NCBI GenBank assembly: GCA_028716965.1
Contig: JAQUOV010000002.1
Span: 132,472 to 196,471 of the forward strand
Length of the DNA: 64,000 bases
Source: Candidatus Omnitrophota bacterium
GTDB taxonomy: Bacteria; Omnitrophota; Gorgyraeia; Gygaellales; Profunditerraquicolaceae
Direction: 5' to 3'
Shown here: positions 38,463 through 48,098 of the stretch, piece after piece
Position numbering within the stretch: position 1 is the first letter of the stretch
Layout: each line of letters begins with the position of its first letter
Made by a program: the position numbers and the translations under genes
The notes under the pieces: model-generated
Seen by the model: only the letters and a program-made list of their open reading frames with translations
The model's database searches: none
Told to the model about the DNA's origin: nothing

Positions 38463-40206
38463 TATGAAAAATAAAAGATTAGGGCGTATAGTAAGGGTTA
38501 ATGCTAATATGGTTGTCGCAGAAGTTGATGGCCATATAATTCAGAATGAAGTGGCCTATATTTTGCATGGCAGCGAGCGTTTAAAAGCAGAGGTAATCCG
38601 CGTAAGGGGTAAGCGTGCCGAGATGCAGGTCTATGAAAATACCGCGGGATTAAAGGTTGGCCAGGAGGTTGAGTTTAGCGACGAATTGCTTTCTGTTGAA
38701 TTGGGCCCGGGTTTATTGGGCCAGATTTTTGACGGCCTGCAAAATCCGCTTCCGGCCTTAGCGGAAAAATGCGGCTTCTTCCTTAAGCGCGGGGTATACC
38801 TTGAAGCCTTACCTGATGAAAGAGAGTGGGATTTTACCCCTTTGGTAAAACCAGGGGAGAAAGTTTTGGCAGGAACCTGGCTGGGTTTTGTCCCGGAGAA
38901 GATATTCAAGCATTATATCATGGCTCCTTTTTCGCTCTCCGGCAGTCTTGAGGTAGTAAGTATAGTTGCTCAGGGCAGGTATAATTTAAAGCAGCCGGTT
39001 GCCCGCTTGAGAAGCTCTGATGGTAAAATGCACGATGTTTTCCTGCAGCAGATCTGGCCGGTAAAGATCCCCATCCAGGCCTACAAAGAAAAACTCAGGC
39101 CGCTTGAGCCGTTGGTAACAAAAATGCGTCTGATCGACTCTCTCTTTCCTGTCAGCCGAGGAGGTACATATTGTATCCCCGGGCCGTTTGGAGCGGGTAA
39201 GACTGTTTTGCAGCAACTGACCAGCCGGCATGCGGAGGTGGATATAGTAATTATTGCTGCCTGCGGTGAACGCGCCGGTGAAGTGGTCGAAACTCTTAAG
39301 ACCTTCCCGGAGCTAGTTGATCCGCGTACGGGTAAGCCTTTAATCGACCGCACGGTAATTATCTGCAATACCAGTTCTATGCCTGTAGCCGCGCGGGAAT
39401 CAAGCGTTTATACTGCCGCGACAATCGCAGAATATTACCGCCAGATGGGGTTAAATGTTTTATTGCTGGCGGATTCTACATCGCGCTGGGCCCAGGCCAT
39501 GCGTGAAATGTCCGGAAGGCTGGAGGAGATTCCCGGCGAGGAAGCATTTCCGGCCTATCTTGAATCGCGGATAGCTTCTTTCTATGAAAGAGCAGGTTTA
39601 GTGCGTTTACATAATGGTTTGACAGGTTCTGTTACCATCGGAGGCACGGTAAGTCCTGCCGGAGGAAACTTTGAAGAGCCGGTTACCCAGGCTACGCTTA
39701 AAGTAGTCGGGGCTTTCCACGGGCTTTCCCGGGAACGCTCTGACGCGCGCAGGTATCCGTCGATAGATCCGCTGATCAGTTGGAGTAAATATAAAGGTTT
39801 CATTGAAAAGGAAAAAGAAGATCTCGGCCATGAGTTCTTGCGTAGAAGCAATGAAGTTTTTCAGATGATGAAGGTTATTGGCGAGGAAGGTACATCGCTT
39901 AGAGATTATATCGAGTACCTCAAAGGGGAATTCTTCGATTTTGTTTATCTGCAGCAGAATGCCTTTGATGCCGTGGATGAATCTACCTCCAAGGAAAGGC
40001 AGATTTATATATTTGATTTCATTCATGATATCCTGCTTAGTGAATTTAAATTGGAGGATAAACAGGAGGCGCTGCATTTCTTCCAAAAGTTAAGGCAACT
40101 GCTAAAAACATGGAATTCCGCAGCATGGGATAGTGAAGAATTCAAAAAAATAGAAGAAGAGATAGGGATATTTTTGGAAGAGAAGAAAAGCAAGAAGGCA
40201 GAATAA
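38452..40206 (+). CDS. atpA: V-type ATP synthase catalytic subunit A
   Basis: 584 aa with Walker [10 protein letters not shown] and the A-subunit non-homologous insert region. Confidence 0.95.
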   Translation: MQADMKNKRLGRIVRVNANMVVAEVDGHIIQNEVAYILHGSERLKAEVIRVRGKRAEMQVYENTAGLKVGQEVEFSDELLSVELGPGLLGQIFDGLQNPLPALAEKCGFFLKRGVYLEALPDEREWDFTPLVKPGEKVLAGTWLGFVPEKIFKHYIMAPFSLSGSLEVVSIVAQGRYNLKQPVARLRSSDGKMHDVFLQQIWPVKIPIQAYKEKLRPLEPLVTKMRLIDSLFPVSRGGTYCIPGPFGAGKTVLQQLTSRHAEVDIVIIAACGERAGEVVETLKTFPELVDPRTGKPLIDRTVIICNTSSMPVAARESSVYTAATIAEYYRQMGLNVLLLADSTSRWAQAMREMSGRLEEIPGEEAFPAYLESRIASFYERAGLVRLHNGLTGSVTIGGTVSPAGGNFEEPVTQATLKVVGAFHGLSRERSDARRYPSIDPLISWSKYKGFIEKEKEDLGHEFLRRSNEVFQMMKVIGEEGTSLRDYIEYLKGEFFDFVYLQQNAFDAVDESTSKERQIYIFDFIHDILLSEFKLEDKQEALHFFQKLRQLLKTWNSAAWDSEEFKKIEEEIGIFLEEKKSKKAE

Positions 40207-40207
40207 G

Positions 40208-41509
40208 ATGCAGAAAGTCTATACTAATATTGTTCAGATAGCCGGGGATGTCGTTACCGTGGAAGCTGAAGGGGTGGGCTATATGGATATTGCTGAAATT
40301 TCCACCCGCCGCGGCGTGTCTTTAGCCCAGGTAATCCGTATTGATTCTGAAAAAGTTTTTCTACAGGTTTTTGCCGGTAGCCGCGGGATATCTACTGGCG
40401 ATAAAGTGAGGTTTTTAGGCCACCCCATGCGCGTGGCTACCGGAGAGAACTTGCTTGGCCGCATATTTAACGGAAGCGGTCTGCCTTTAGACCGCGGTCC
40501 GGCCTTATCTGAAGATATGGTTGATGTCGGCGCTCCTCCGGTTAATCCGGTGAAAAGAATAGTTCCTGATAAGATGATCCGTACCGGCATACCCCTGATT
40601 GATGTTTTTAATTCTTTGGTAGAATCTCAGAAATTACCCATCTTCTCAATTGCCGGTGAACCGTACAATGAGCTTTTATCCAGGATTGCCATTCAGGCTG
40701 AAGTCGACATTATTATCCTAGGGGGCATGGGTTTGAAATATGACGATTATTTATTCTTCAAAGAGACATTAAATAAACATGGGTCTTTGAACCGTTCTAT
40801 ATTCTTTATGCATACCGCTTCTGATCCGGTGGTTGAGTGCCTGCTTGTTCCGGATATAGCCCTGGCCGTTGCCGAGGATTTTGCTTTAAAAGGAAAACGC
40901 GTATTAGTGTTGCTTAGTGATATGACTAATTTTGCCGATGCCTTAAAAGAGATCTCTATAACCATGGAGCAGGTTCCCTCTAACCGCGGGTATCCGGGTG
41001 ATCTTTACAGCCAGTTAGCCAGTCGCTATGAAAAGGCGGTTTCTTTTCAGGGCGCCGGTTCGATTACCATCCTTGCTGTCACTACTATGCCCGGAGATGA
41101 TGTAACACATCCTGTGCCCGACAATACCGGGTATATTACCGAAGGCCAGCTGTACCTTAAGGGCGGGGTTATCGAGCCCTTCGGATCTTTGAGCCGGCTT
41201 AAGCAACAGGTAAACGGGAAAACCCGTTCGGACCACCGCACAATCATGGATATGATGATCCAGCTTTTTGCCAATTACCGGCAGACCGTAGAAAAACAAT
41301 CAATGGGTTTTCAGATGAGCGCCTGGGATAATAAATTACTTAAATACGGCGAGCTTTTTGAAAAAAATATGATGTCTCTTAAAGTAAATATTCCTTTGGA
41401 AAAGGCTTTAGATCTGGGTTGGCAAATATTGGCGGAAAGCTTTAGCCCGGAGGAAACCGGTATCAAGCGCTCGATTATCGAGCAGTATTGGCCAAAGAGC
41501 AGCAGGTAG
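40208..41509 (+). CDS. atpB: V-type ATP synthase subunit B
   Basis: 433 aa non-catalytic B subunit ([19 protein letters not shown]...). Confidence 0.95.
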   Translation: MQKVYTNIVQIAGDVVTVEAEGVGYMDIAEISTRRGVSLAQVIRIDSEKVFLQVFAGSRGISTGDKVRFLGHPMRVATGENLLGRIFNGSGLPLDRGPALSEDMVDVGAPPVNPVKRIVPDKMIRTGIPLIDVFNSLVESQKLPIFSIAGEPYNELLSRIAIQAEVDIIILGGMGLKYDDYLFFKETLNKHGSLNRSIFFMHTASDPVVECLLVPDIALAVAEDFALKGKRVLVLLSDMTNFADALKEISITMEQVPSNRGYPGDLYSQLASRYEKAVSFQGAGSITILAVTTMPGDDVTHPVPDNTGYITEGQLYLKGGVIEPFGSLSRLKQQVNGKTRSDHRTIMDMMIQLFANYRQTVEKQSMGFQMSAWDNKLLKYGELFEKNMMSLKVNIPLEKALDLGWQILAESFSPEETGIKRSIIEQYWPKSSR

Positions 41510-41548
41510 AATAGTATGGCGGTTATAATTTCTTAATAAATCCGAGAG

Positions 41549-42166
41549 ATGGCCAAAATAAAATTCACCAAGGGAGAATTAAAGAGGCAGCGTGATGCAT
41601 TAAGGCAGTTTCAGCGTTATCTGCCCACTTTGCAGTTGAAAAAACAGCAGTTGCAGCTGGAGATCCTGCAGCAGGGCCTGTTGCTTGAAGAAAGAAAACA
41701 GTCTTTGATTAAGAAGCGGCAGGGGGTTGATCATTGGATCGGTCTACTCAGTTATCCGCAAGCCGACTTAAAACCATTCTTATCGCCGGAAAAAACAAAT
41801 ACGCATTTTAAGAATATCGCCGGCGTGAATATCCCCATATTTGATAGTCTGGAATTTGGCAGGGGTGAATATGATTTATTTTCTACTCCTTTATGGGTTG
41901 ACGCGGCGATTGAGGCGCTTAGAGAAGTTATAACCCTAAAGAAAGAGATCCTGGTGCGCCAGGAAGGTATCGGCGTATTGCGGAACGAATTGCGTACCAC
42001 CACCCAACGGGTAAATCTGTTTGAGAAGGTTAAGATCCCCCAGGCAGAAGAAAATATCCGCTTGATCAAGATTTATATAGGCGACCAGATGGCTAATGCC
42101 GTGGGCCGTTGTAAAATTGCTAAGAGAAAAATCGAAGAGCTGGTTTTAGAAGAGGCGATAGCATGA
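41549..42166 (+). CDS. atpD: V-type ATP synthase subunit D
   Basis: 205 aa coiled-coil central-stalk subunit (MAKIKFTKGELKRQRDALRQFQRYLPTL). Confidence 0.8.
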   Translation: MAKIKFTKGELKRQRDALRQFQRYLPTLQLKKQQLQLEILQQGLLLEERKQSLIKKRQGVDHWIGLLSYPQADLKPFLSPEKTNTHFKNIAGVNIPIFDSLEFGRGEYDLFSTPLWVDAAIEALREVITLKKEILVRQEGIGVLRNELRTTTQRVNLFEKVKIPQAEENIRLIKIYIGDQMANAVGRCKIAKRKIEELVLEEAIA

Positions 42167-43944
42167 TTGTGAGGATGAAGAAAATATTTCTGTTGATCCG
42201 GCAGGACCAGGCGCATGCCGCTTTGGACAGGTTGGGCGATTTGGGCTTGGTGCATGTTGAGCATGAGAACGCTCCTTCCGGGCTTGAGATCAGCCAGATC
42301 AATGAGAAGCTAATCCTTATCGAACAGGCCAGGTCTATTTTATCCGCATACGGCCGGAAAACCACCGCAAAACATATACCCCGCAAACATGAGGATTTAG
42401 ATACTGTCTGCCATCATATAATTGGCTTAAAGAAGAGATATGATCAATTAAAAGAGTATTCGGTAACCTTGAATAACTGGATAGATATATGGGGGGCCTG
42501 GGGAGATTTTGACCCCGCTCAGATAAAGGCTTTGCAGCAAAAAGGGGTTTTAATTAGATTTTACCAGATCCCCAAGGATAGGTTAAAGACCTTGCCGCCA
42601 GACATATTGCTGAAGAAAATTTCTGCGCATGGCGCGTTGACCAATTGTTTAGTTGCGGCAACAAAGAATATAGAGATTGGTTTTAAGGAATTAGAATTAC
42701 CCAAGTCATCCCTATCCGGTATGATAAACAGGCTTAGTGAAGATACCAGGATTATGCAGGACATAAGAGAGGAGATGGAGGCACATCTGATTTATAGCAA
42801 AGACCTTCTTGCCGCCGAAGAATCCCTTTTAAACCAAAAAGATTTTTATTCTGTATTAAAAGGCATGGGGTTGGCAAATAAGATTGCGTACCTGAAAGGT
42901 TATATACCTATAGACGCGGAAGATACACTGGTTAAGCAGGCAAGGCAAAACGGTTGGGGGATCTTAACCCTTGAGCCTAAAGAGCAGGATGCCGTGCCGA
43001 CCTTAGTGCGCAATCCCGCCTGGATTGCGCTTATAAAACCGGTATTAAAATTACTGGAGCTTGTTCCCGGTTACCATGAACTTGACATAAGCCCTCTTTT
43101 CATTATATTTTTTAGCATTTTCTTCGGCATGCTTATTGGCGATGCTGGATACGGAACAATTTATTTTTTGCTTAATCTCTGGATGCAAAAGAAGTTTGGA
43201 TATAAAGTTAAAGATAAAAGCGTATTTTTCCTCTTTTATATCTTAAGTTTTTGCGCTATTATATGGGGGTTATTAACCGGGACATTTTTCGGCCAGGAAT
43301 GGCTGTTGAATATAGGGATAAGACCATTGGTCCCGGTTCTGCATAATGCGTCGTTTGTCCAGGCATTATGTTTTTTTATCGGCGCGCTGCACTTATCTCT
43401 GGCTCATGGCTGGAAGGCAATGTTAAAAGCGCCGGCATTGTCAGCCTTGGCAGAGGCGGGTTGGGTCTTTATTATCTGGGCAGTGTTCTTCCTGGCGAAT
43501 AGCTTGCTTTTAGGGGATACATTCCCTTTGGCCGGAAGCTGGCTGATTATATCTGGGTTAATCCTGGTTTTATTCTTTAGCAGCCCGCAAAAAAACATAT
43601 TTAAAGCAATAGGCGCCGGCTTAAGTACTATAGCTTTAAGCCTGGTTAACAGCTTTACCGATGTAGTCTCTTATATCCGCCTTTTTGCGGTGGGTTTGGC
43701 TACCGTAGCCATCGCGGATGCTTTTAATGCCATGGCCGCAGGGATCGTTAAAAAAGGTGATTTTTTAACGATAATTATAGCTATTTTGGTTATTATCTGC
43801 GGGCACGCACTTAATATTATTTTGGGTCCGATGTCAGTTTTGGTCCATGGGGTAAGGCTTAACGTGCTGGAGTTTTGCAGCCACGCCAATGTTGCATGGA
43901 ATGGTTTTGCATATAAACCGTTTCGTAAGAAAAAGGAGAGTTAA
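42163..43944 (+). CDS. atpI: V-type ATP synthase subunit I (a)
   Basis: 593 aa with an N-terminal cytoplasmic domain and a C-terminal polytopic membrane domain, the latter carrying RLFAVGLATVAIADAFNAMAAG. Confidence 0.8.
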   Translation: MIVRMKKIFLLIRQDQAHAALDRLGDLGLVHVEHENAPSGLEISQINEKLILIEQARSILSAYGRKTTAKHIPRKHEDLDTVCHHIIGLKKRYDQLKEYSVTLNNWIDIWGAWGDFDPAQIKALQQKGVLIRFYQIPKDRLKTLPPDILLKKISAHGALTNCLVAATKNIEIGFKELELPKSSLSGMINRLSEDTRIMQDIREEMEAHLIYSKDLLAAEESLLNQKDFYSVLKGMGLANKIAYLKGYIPIDAEDTLVKQARQNGWGILTLEPKEQDAVPTLVRNPAWIALIKPVLKLLELVPGYHELDISPLFIIFFSIFFGMLIGDAGYGTIYFLLNLWMQKKFGYKVKDKSVFFLFYILSFCAIIWGLLTGTFFGQEWLLNIGIRPLVPVLHNASFVQALCFFIGALHLSLAHGWKAMLKAPALSALAEAGWVFIIWAVFFLANSLLLGDTFPLAGSWLIISGLILVLFFSSPQKNIFKAIGAGLSTIALSLVNSFTDVVSYIRLFAVGLATVAIADAFNAMAAGIVKKGDFLTIIIAILVIICGHALNIILGPMSVLVHGVRLNVLEFCSHANVAWNGFAYKPFRKKKES

Positions 43945-43945
43945 A

Positions 43946-44401
43946 ATGGAAACAGGGGTTTTAATGCAATTTAAAGATCTGGGTTTAGAGTTAGTACTTG
44001 GTCTTTCGGCTCTGGGTTCTGCCGCCGGCGCAGGGGTAGCGGGGATGGCTGCCATAGGGGCATGGAAGAAGAACTTCAACCAGAATAAAAGCGCCTCATT
44101 TTTATTGGTCGCTTTAGTGGGGGCGCCTTTAACACAGACAATCTATGGCAATATCGTAATGACCAAAATGGTGGAATTGGCAAATAAGGGGCAATACCTT
44201 TGGGGAATAGGTGCTTTTGCCGGTATGGCAATAGGCCTTTCCGCTTATTTTCAAGGCAGGTGCTCTGCCTGTGCCTGCGATGCGATGGGCGAAACCGGCA
44301 AAGGCTTCGGCAATTACCTGGCGGTGTTGGGTATCGTTGAAACGGTTGCGCTTTTTGTAATGGTGTTTACTTTGATTATTATCGGCAAGCTATCCGGGTA
44401 A
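43946..44401 (+). CDS. atpK: V-type ATP synthase proteolipid subunit K
   Basis: METGV start preceded by the AAGGAGAG RBS. The sequence is Gly/Ala-rich and hydrophobic with LGSAAGAGVAGMAAIGAW... The track ORF starts earlier at 43889. Confidence 0.8.
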   Translation: METGVLMQFKDLGLELVLGLSALGSAAGAGVAGMAAIGAWKKNFNQNKSASFLLVALVGAPLTQTIYGNIVMTKMVELANKGQYLWGIGAFAGMAIGLSAYFQGRCSACACDAMGETGKGFGNYLAVLGIVETVALFVMVFTLIIIGKLSG

Positions 44402-44475
44402 TGATTTTGAGGCGGATTAACTCGTCCTTAAAAAGATGATTTCGCTGGTCCGCGGTAAAGTAACTTAGATTTTGG

Positions 44476-44552
44476 GGGCGATTAGCTCAGTTGGTTAGAG
44501 CGTCTGACTTACATTCAGAAGGCCAGGGGTTCAACTCCTCTATCGCCCACCA
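44476..44552 (+). tRNA. tRNA-Val (anticodon UAC)
   Basis: Acceptor GGGCGAU/AUCGCCC; D-arm GCUCAGUUGGUUAGAGC; anticodon stem UCUGA/UCAGA with loop CUUACAU; T-arm AGGGGUUCAACUCCUCU; encoded CCA. Confidence 0.85.
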
Positions 44553-44627
44553 TTAAAGATCAAAAATAAATAGTGGATTTTGGTTTAAAAGAAAGTATAA
44601 TAAGTTCCTAAAATTTAAATATTCGCG

Positions 44628-44706
44628 GGGGTCGTGGCCTAGTCTGGTTTAAGGCGCCTCCCTGTCACGGAGGAAATCGCGAGTTCAAATCTCGTCGGCC
44701 CCGCCA
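44628..44706 (+). tRNA. tRNA-Asp (anticodon GUC)
   Basis: Acceptor GGGGUCG/CGGCCCC; anticodon stem CCUCC/GGAGG with loop CUGUCAC; T-arm GCGAGUUCAAAUCUCGU; discriminator G; encoded CCA. Confidence 0.8.
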
Positions 44707-44710
44707 GTTA

Positions 44711-44745
44711 AAAAGCCGCAAATCAATTTGCGGCTTTTTGCTTTT
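44711..44745 (+). terminator. Rho-independent terminator after the tRNA-Val/tRNA-Asp pair
   Basis: AAAAGCCGCAAAT-caa-ATTTGCGGCTTTT perfect 13-bp stem followed by TGCTTTT. Confidence 0.8.
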
Positions 44746-44850
44746 AATTCCAGGGCGCCTTGCAGGTGTCTTTTGCCTTGAGTTTTCTCACCGCAGGTGT
44801 TACCATGAATTTAAGTTTTTTAGGTATAAAACTTCTATAAGGCCAGGAAG

Positions 44851-46365
44851 GTGAAAAGAAAGGTTCTGCTTTCTTTAGTTGTAATCCTTAACTTTATACC
44901 TAAGGCCCATAGTTATGAACTGCTTAATAACGAGCAGTTAGTCCTGGGCCTGGATACTTATTTTCGCGCAGACGTGGTAAACTTCAAGAACGTAGTGGGG
45001 TTAGACAGCCATAATAAGGATGACCGCACTACCTATTTGGGCATAGATTACAGCTTTGCTTTAAACGCGGATTTTAAAGATTCGGCAAATAAATTTTATA
45101 TTAAGCTGGAACGTAACGGGCCATATGATTACAGCGCTCCGGTTTTTATTCATAATACGCTGATTAATTCCGGGGGCAGGGTGGAAAAGTACCGTAACGC
45201 GGAATTACTCCCCCAGGTTGAAGAGTTTTGGCTTGATTCCAGGAGCCAGGGTGGTTTTGGGTTCAAGGCCGGGTTGTATATTTATGAAGTAGGCAATGGG
45301 TTCAGCCTTAACGGCGGTTATGAAAATTACGGGGTTACCCTGTATCAGGAGTCAGAAGCTTTCCTTTGGCGCCTTTATTATTGCCGCCCGGATTTGGTTT
45401 ACAAGGACCATTTAGGTCCGTATATCAAACAGGAAGAAGAGCAAGGGCAAAGATATGAGCCGAATGCAGCTAACTTCTTTGCCGCGGATGTTAAAATTAC
45501 GGCAGCCAACCAGACCTTTTGGCCGTATGTAGGGATGTTGGCGGATTATACTTCCGAGGGTAAAAGGGACAATCTTTTTGCTGCGCCCGTAAAAAAAGAC
45601 CTGTTGGGTACATTTGGTACTGCCTGGCAGTTGCAAACAGAAGAGTTTACCCTGAAATTAGAGGCAGCGCATAATTTCGGTTATGCCTGTAGCCAGGACA
45701 GCACCTATAAAAATATCCAGCATACGGGTTACATGTTTTATTCCGGGTTGGATTATACTTTGGGAAAATTTGTCCCGGAGCTGCAATTCTTGATTTGTTC
45801 CGGAAATAAAGCTACGCCGGAGATGGCAAGGGACGGCGATACCTCGTACCCTGGGAGTAAAAACCGCGCTTTTAGTTATTACTCGCCTACCAATATGAAT
45901 TTAGGGGATGCCATAAGCAGCAGTAATGTAGATATGCTTCCTATCGTAGCGATGGGCGGAGGTTATGGTTTAAATTATGGCGTACCCAGGCCGGGAACAT
46001 TTTCTTCGGGTGATTTTGACAACCTGGTTATGCCTTCAGTGGGGCTTGATTATAATTTTAACGCCAAGCTCTGTATCAGTTTGTATGGTTATTATTTAAG
46101 CGCCTTTACCCGCCCGGTAGGAACATTAGGAGGAGAGGGAAAGTATCTCTCCAGGGATTTGGGGTTTGAAGCGGATTTCTATATTGACTATAAGGCCAGC
46201 CGTCATATGACGATTGGTCTTTTAGGGGGTTGTTTTATCCCGGGCAAGTTTTATAGAGAAAGACGCGATGATCTGGATGGGAGCTTGTTTAGCCCATATG
46301 TGCGCGGTGACGGTTCGGCAAATAATGCGTATCAGCTTGAATTCTACGTGGAGTTAAAATTTTAG
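44851..46365 (+). CDS. Putative outer-membrane beta-barrel protein (porin-like)
   Basis: 504 aa with an N-terminal signal peptide (KVLLSLVVILNFIPKAHS) and alternating amphipathic Tyr/Gly-rich segments. It ends in a C-terminal aromatic residue (...EFYVELKF), typical of OMPs. Confidence 0.55.
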   Translation: MKRKVLLSLVVILNFIPKAHSYELLNNEQLVLGLDTYFRADVVNFKNVVGLDSHNKDDRTTYLGIDYSFALNADFKDSANKFYIKLERNGPYDYSAPVFIHNTLINSGGRVEKYRNAELLPQVEEFWLDSRSQGGFGFKAGLYIYEVGNGFSLNGGYENYGVTLYQESEAFLWRLYYCRPDLVYKDHLGPYIKQEEEQGQRYEPNAANFFAADVKITAANQTFWPYVGMLADYTSEGKRDNLFAAPVKKDLLGTFGTAWQLQTEEFTLKLEAAHNFGYACSQDSTYKNIQHTGYMFYSGLDYTLGKFVPELQFLICSGNKATPEMARDGDTSYPGSKNRAFSYYSPTNMNLGDAISSSNVDMLPIVAMGGGYGLNYGVPRPGTFSSGDFDNLVMPSVGLDYNFNAKLCISLYGYYLSAFTRPVGTLGGEGKYLSRDLGFEADFYIDYKASRHMTIGLLGGCFIPGKFYRERRDDLDGSLFSPYVRGDGSANNAYQLEFYVELKF

Positions 46366-46388
46366 GGCCTATCCTTTAGGAGGAGAAG

Positions 46389-46709
46389 ATGACAACTATT
46401 GATGATTTCAGGAAGTTGGATTTAAGAATAGCAGAAATTAAAGAGGTTAATGAGCATCCTAACGCCGATAAATTGTTAATTTTGACTTTGGATTTGGGGG
46501 ATAGGCAAAAACAGGTGGTTGCCGGCATAAGGAGTTTTTATTCCAAGGAAGAGCTTTTGGGTAAACAGGTGGTTTTGGTGGATAATCTTGAACCGGCAAC
46601 CTTACGCGGCGTAGAAAGCCAGGGGATGATCTTGGCCGGCTCCGATGAAAATACACTGGCTATTGTTAGTCCCGAGAGAAAACTTAAGATAGGAAGCATT
46701 GTTAAATGA
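46389..46709 (+). CDS. tRNA-binding domain protein (CsaA/Trbp111/EMAP-II-like)
   Basis: 106 aa with FRKLDLRIAEIKEVNEHPNADKLLILTLDLGD...VVAGIRSFYSKEELLGKQVVLVDNLEPATLRGVESQGMILAGS, the OB-fold tRNA-binding signature. Confidence 0.8.
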   Translation: MTTIDDFRKLDLRIAEIKEVNEHPNADKLLILTLDLGDRQKQVVAGIRSFYSKEELLGKQVVLVDNLEPATLRGVESQGMILAGSDENTLAIVSPERKLKIGSIVK

Positions 46710-47215
46710 TTAAACAGTTTGTCCCGCAGGAGTTTTGTCTTAAGTGCAGGGGTTGCTGCCGCTTCAGGGAAGCTGACTCCGTATGGAGCCCATGTCTTAT
46801 GGACGAAGAGATACAGTTACTTTTAGACAAGAAAGATATCCCGGCTGCCTCTATCTCCATTGAACGGCGCATACAGCTTATAGCTAATCCCAATGGCGTA
46901 GATTTTATCTGCCCGTTTTTAAGCAGTTTAAGTAATAAATGCGCTATTTACGATATCCGTCCGTTTGAATGCCAGCTTTACCCTTTTTTGATTAACCTGC
47001 GTAAGGATAAAATACTCCTGACCGTAGACTTAAATTGCCCTTATGTTTGTGAAAAAATAAACAGCCCGGAAATCAAAGATTATATTTCTTATCTTGCCGG
47101 TTACCTGAATTCTCCGGAACAGCTAAAGATGCTAAAGGATAACCCGCGACTTATCCAGGCTTATGAAGAGGTAAGAGAGGTGGCCGAGCTAATATTCCCC
47201 CATGAAATTAAATAA
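46706..47215 (+). CDS. YkgJ-family (UPF0153) Cys-cluster Fe-S/Zn protein
   Basis: 169 aa with the CLKCRGCCRF motif (CxxCxxCC) and further conserved Cys residues. It overlaps the upstream gene by 4 nt. Confidence 0.6.
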   Translation: MIKQFVPQEFCLKCRGCCRFREADSVWSPCLMDEEIQLLLDKKDIPAASISIERRIQLIANPNGVDFICPFLSSLSNKCAIYDIRPFECQLYPFLINLRKDKILLTVDLNCPYVCEKINSPEIKDYISYLAGYLNSPEQLKMLKDNPRLIQAYEEVREVAELIFPHEIK

Positions 47216-48098
47216 GTTAACATTAAAAGACAGGAGGGTATTTAATAAGCACCTTGCTTTTTCCAGGCATGAGCTTTCGGCATTTTCTTTTGCCAACATC
47301 TACATTTGGCGGGCCATCTTTGATATCCAATGGTCTTTGTTTGAAGGCATCCTCTGCGTATTTTTTCGCGATAAGACAGGCTGTTTTATGTATCTGCCGC
47401 CGTTAGAAAAAGAGCGGCACCCGCTGGTTATAAAAAAGGCATTTGCGGTAATGGATAGCATTAATAAGAACAGGGATATCTCGCGTATTGAAAATATCGG
47501 ACAAGAAGATATAGAATATTACCGGGCCTTAGGTTATTTGTGCCATCAGAAATATCCCGATTACCTTTGTTCAAGGAGCGACTTGGCTTATCTTAAAGGG
47601 AATAAATTTAAATCCCAGCGCGCCGCGTATAATTATTTTGTCAAACATTATGATTTCAAAGTGTTAAAGCTTAAGGCAAAGGATAATGCCAGTTGTTCAA
47701 TTCTATTTAATGAGTGGATAGAAGAGCGTAAAACGCACTGCCGCCAGGACCTTTATTGCGGCATGCTTGAAGATAACCGCAAAGTAATCAGAGAAGCCTT
47801 ATTTAATTATAGGCAGCTGGACCTGGAAGGCATAGTGGTGATGGTCGGTAAAAAGATAAAAGGTTTTACCTTTGGTTATAAATTAAATAATAATACCTTT
47901 TGCATACTTTATGAGGTTACCGATCTCTCTATTAAAGGCCTTGCCCAGTTTATTTTCCGCAGGTTCAGCACGGAATTGAAAGATTATGATTATATCAATA
48001 TCATGGATGATTCAGGGCTGGATAATTTACGGAAGGTGAAACTTTCCTATAAACCGCGGCGGTTGATCCCCGCTTATATTGCAACCAGAGATGCTTAA
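47202..48098 (+). CDS. DUF2156 protein (MprF C-terminal-like, putative aminoacyl-tRNA-dependent transferase fold)
   Basis: 298 aa. The N-terminal SAFSFANIYIWR pattern and C-terminal DDSGLDNLRKVKLSYKP (GL..FK..F.P-like) resemble the LPG-synthase C-terminal / FemAB-like family. Assignment is from remembered family patterns only. Confidence 0.5.
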   Translation: MKLNKLTLKDRRVFNKHLAFSRHELSAFSFANIYIWRAIFDIQWSLFEGILCVFFRDKTGCFMYLPPLEKERHPLVIKKAFAVMDSINKNRDISRIENIGQEDIEYYRALGYLCHQKYPDYLCSRSDLAYLKGNKFKSQRAAYNYFVKHYDFKVLKLKAKDNASCSILFNEWIEERKTHCRQDLYCGMLEDNRKVIREALFNYRQLDLEGIVVMVGKKIKGFTFGYKLNNNTFCILYEVTDLSIKGLAQFIFRRFSTELKDYDYINIMDDSGLDNLRKVKLSYKPRRLIPAYIATRDA

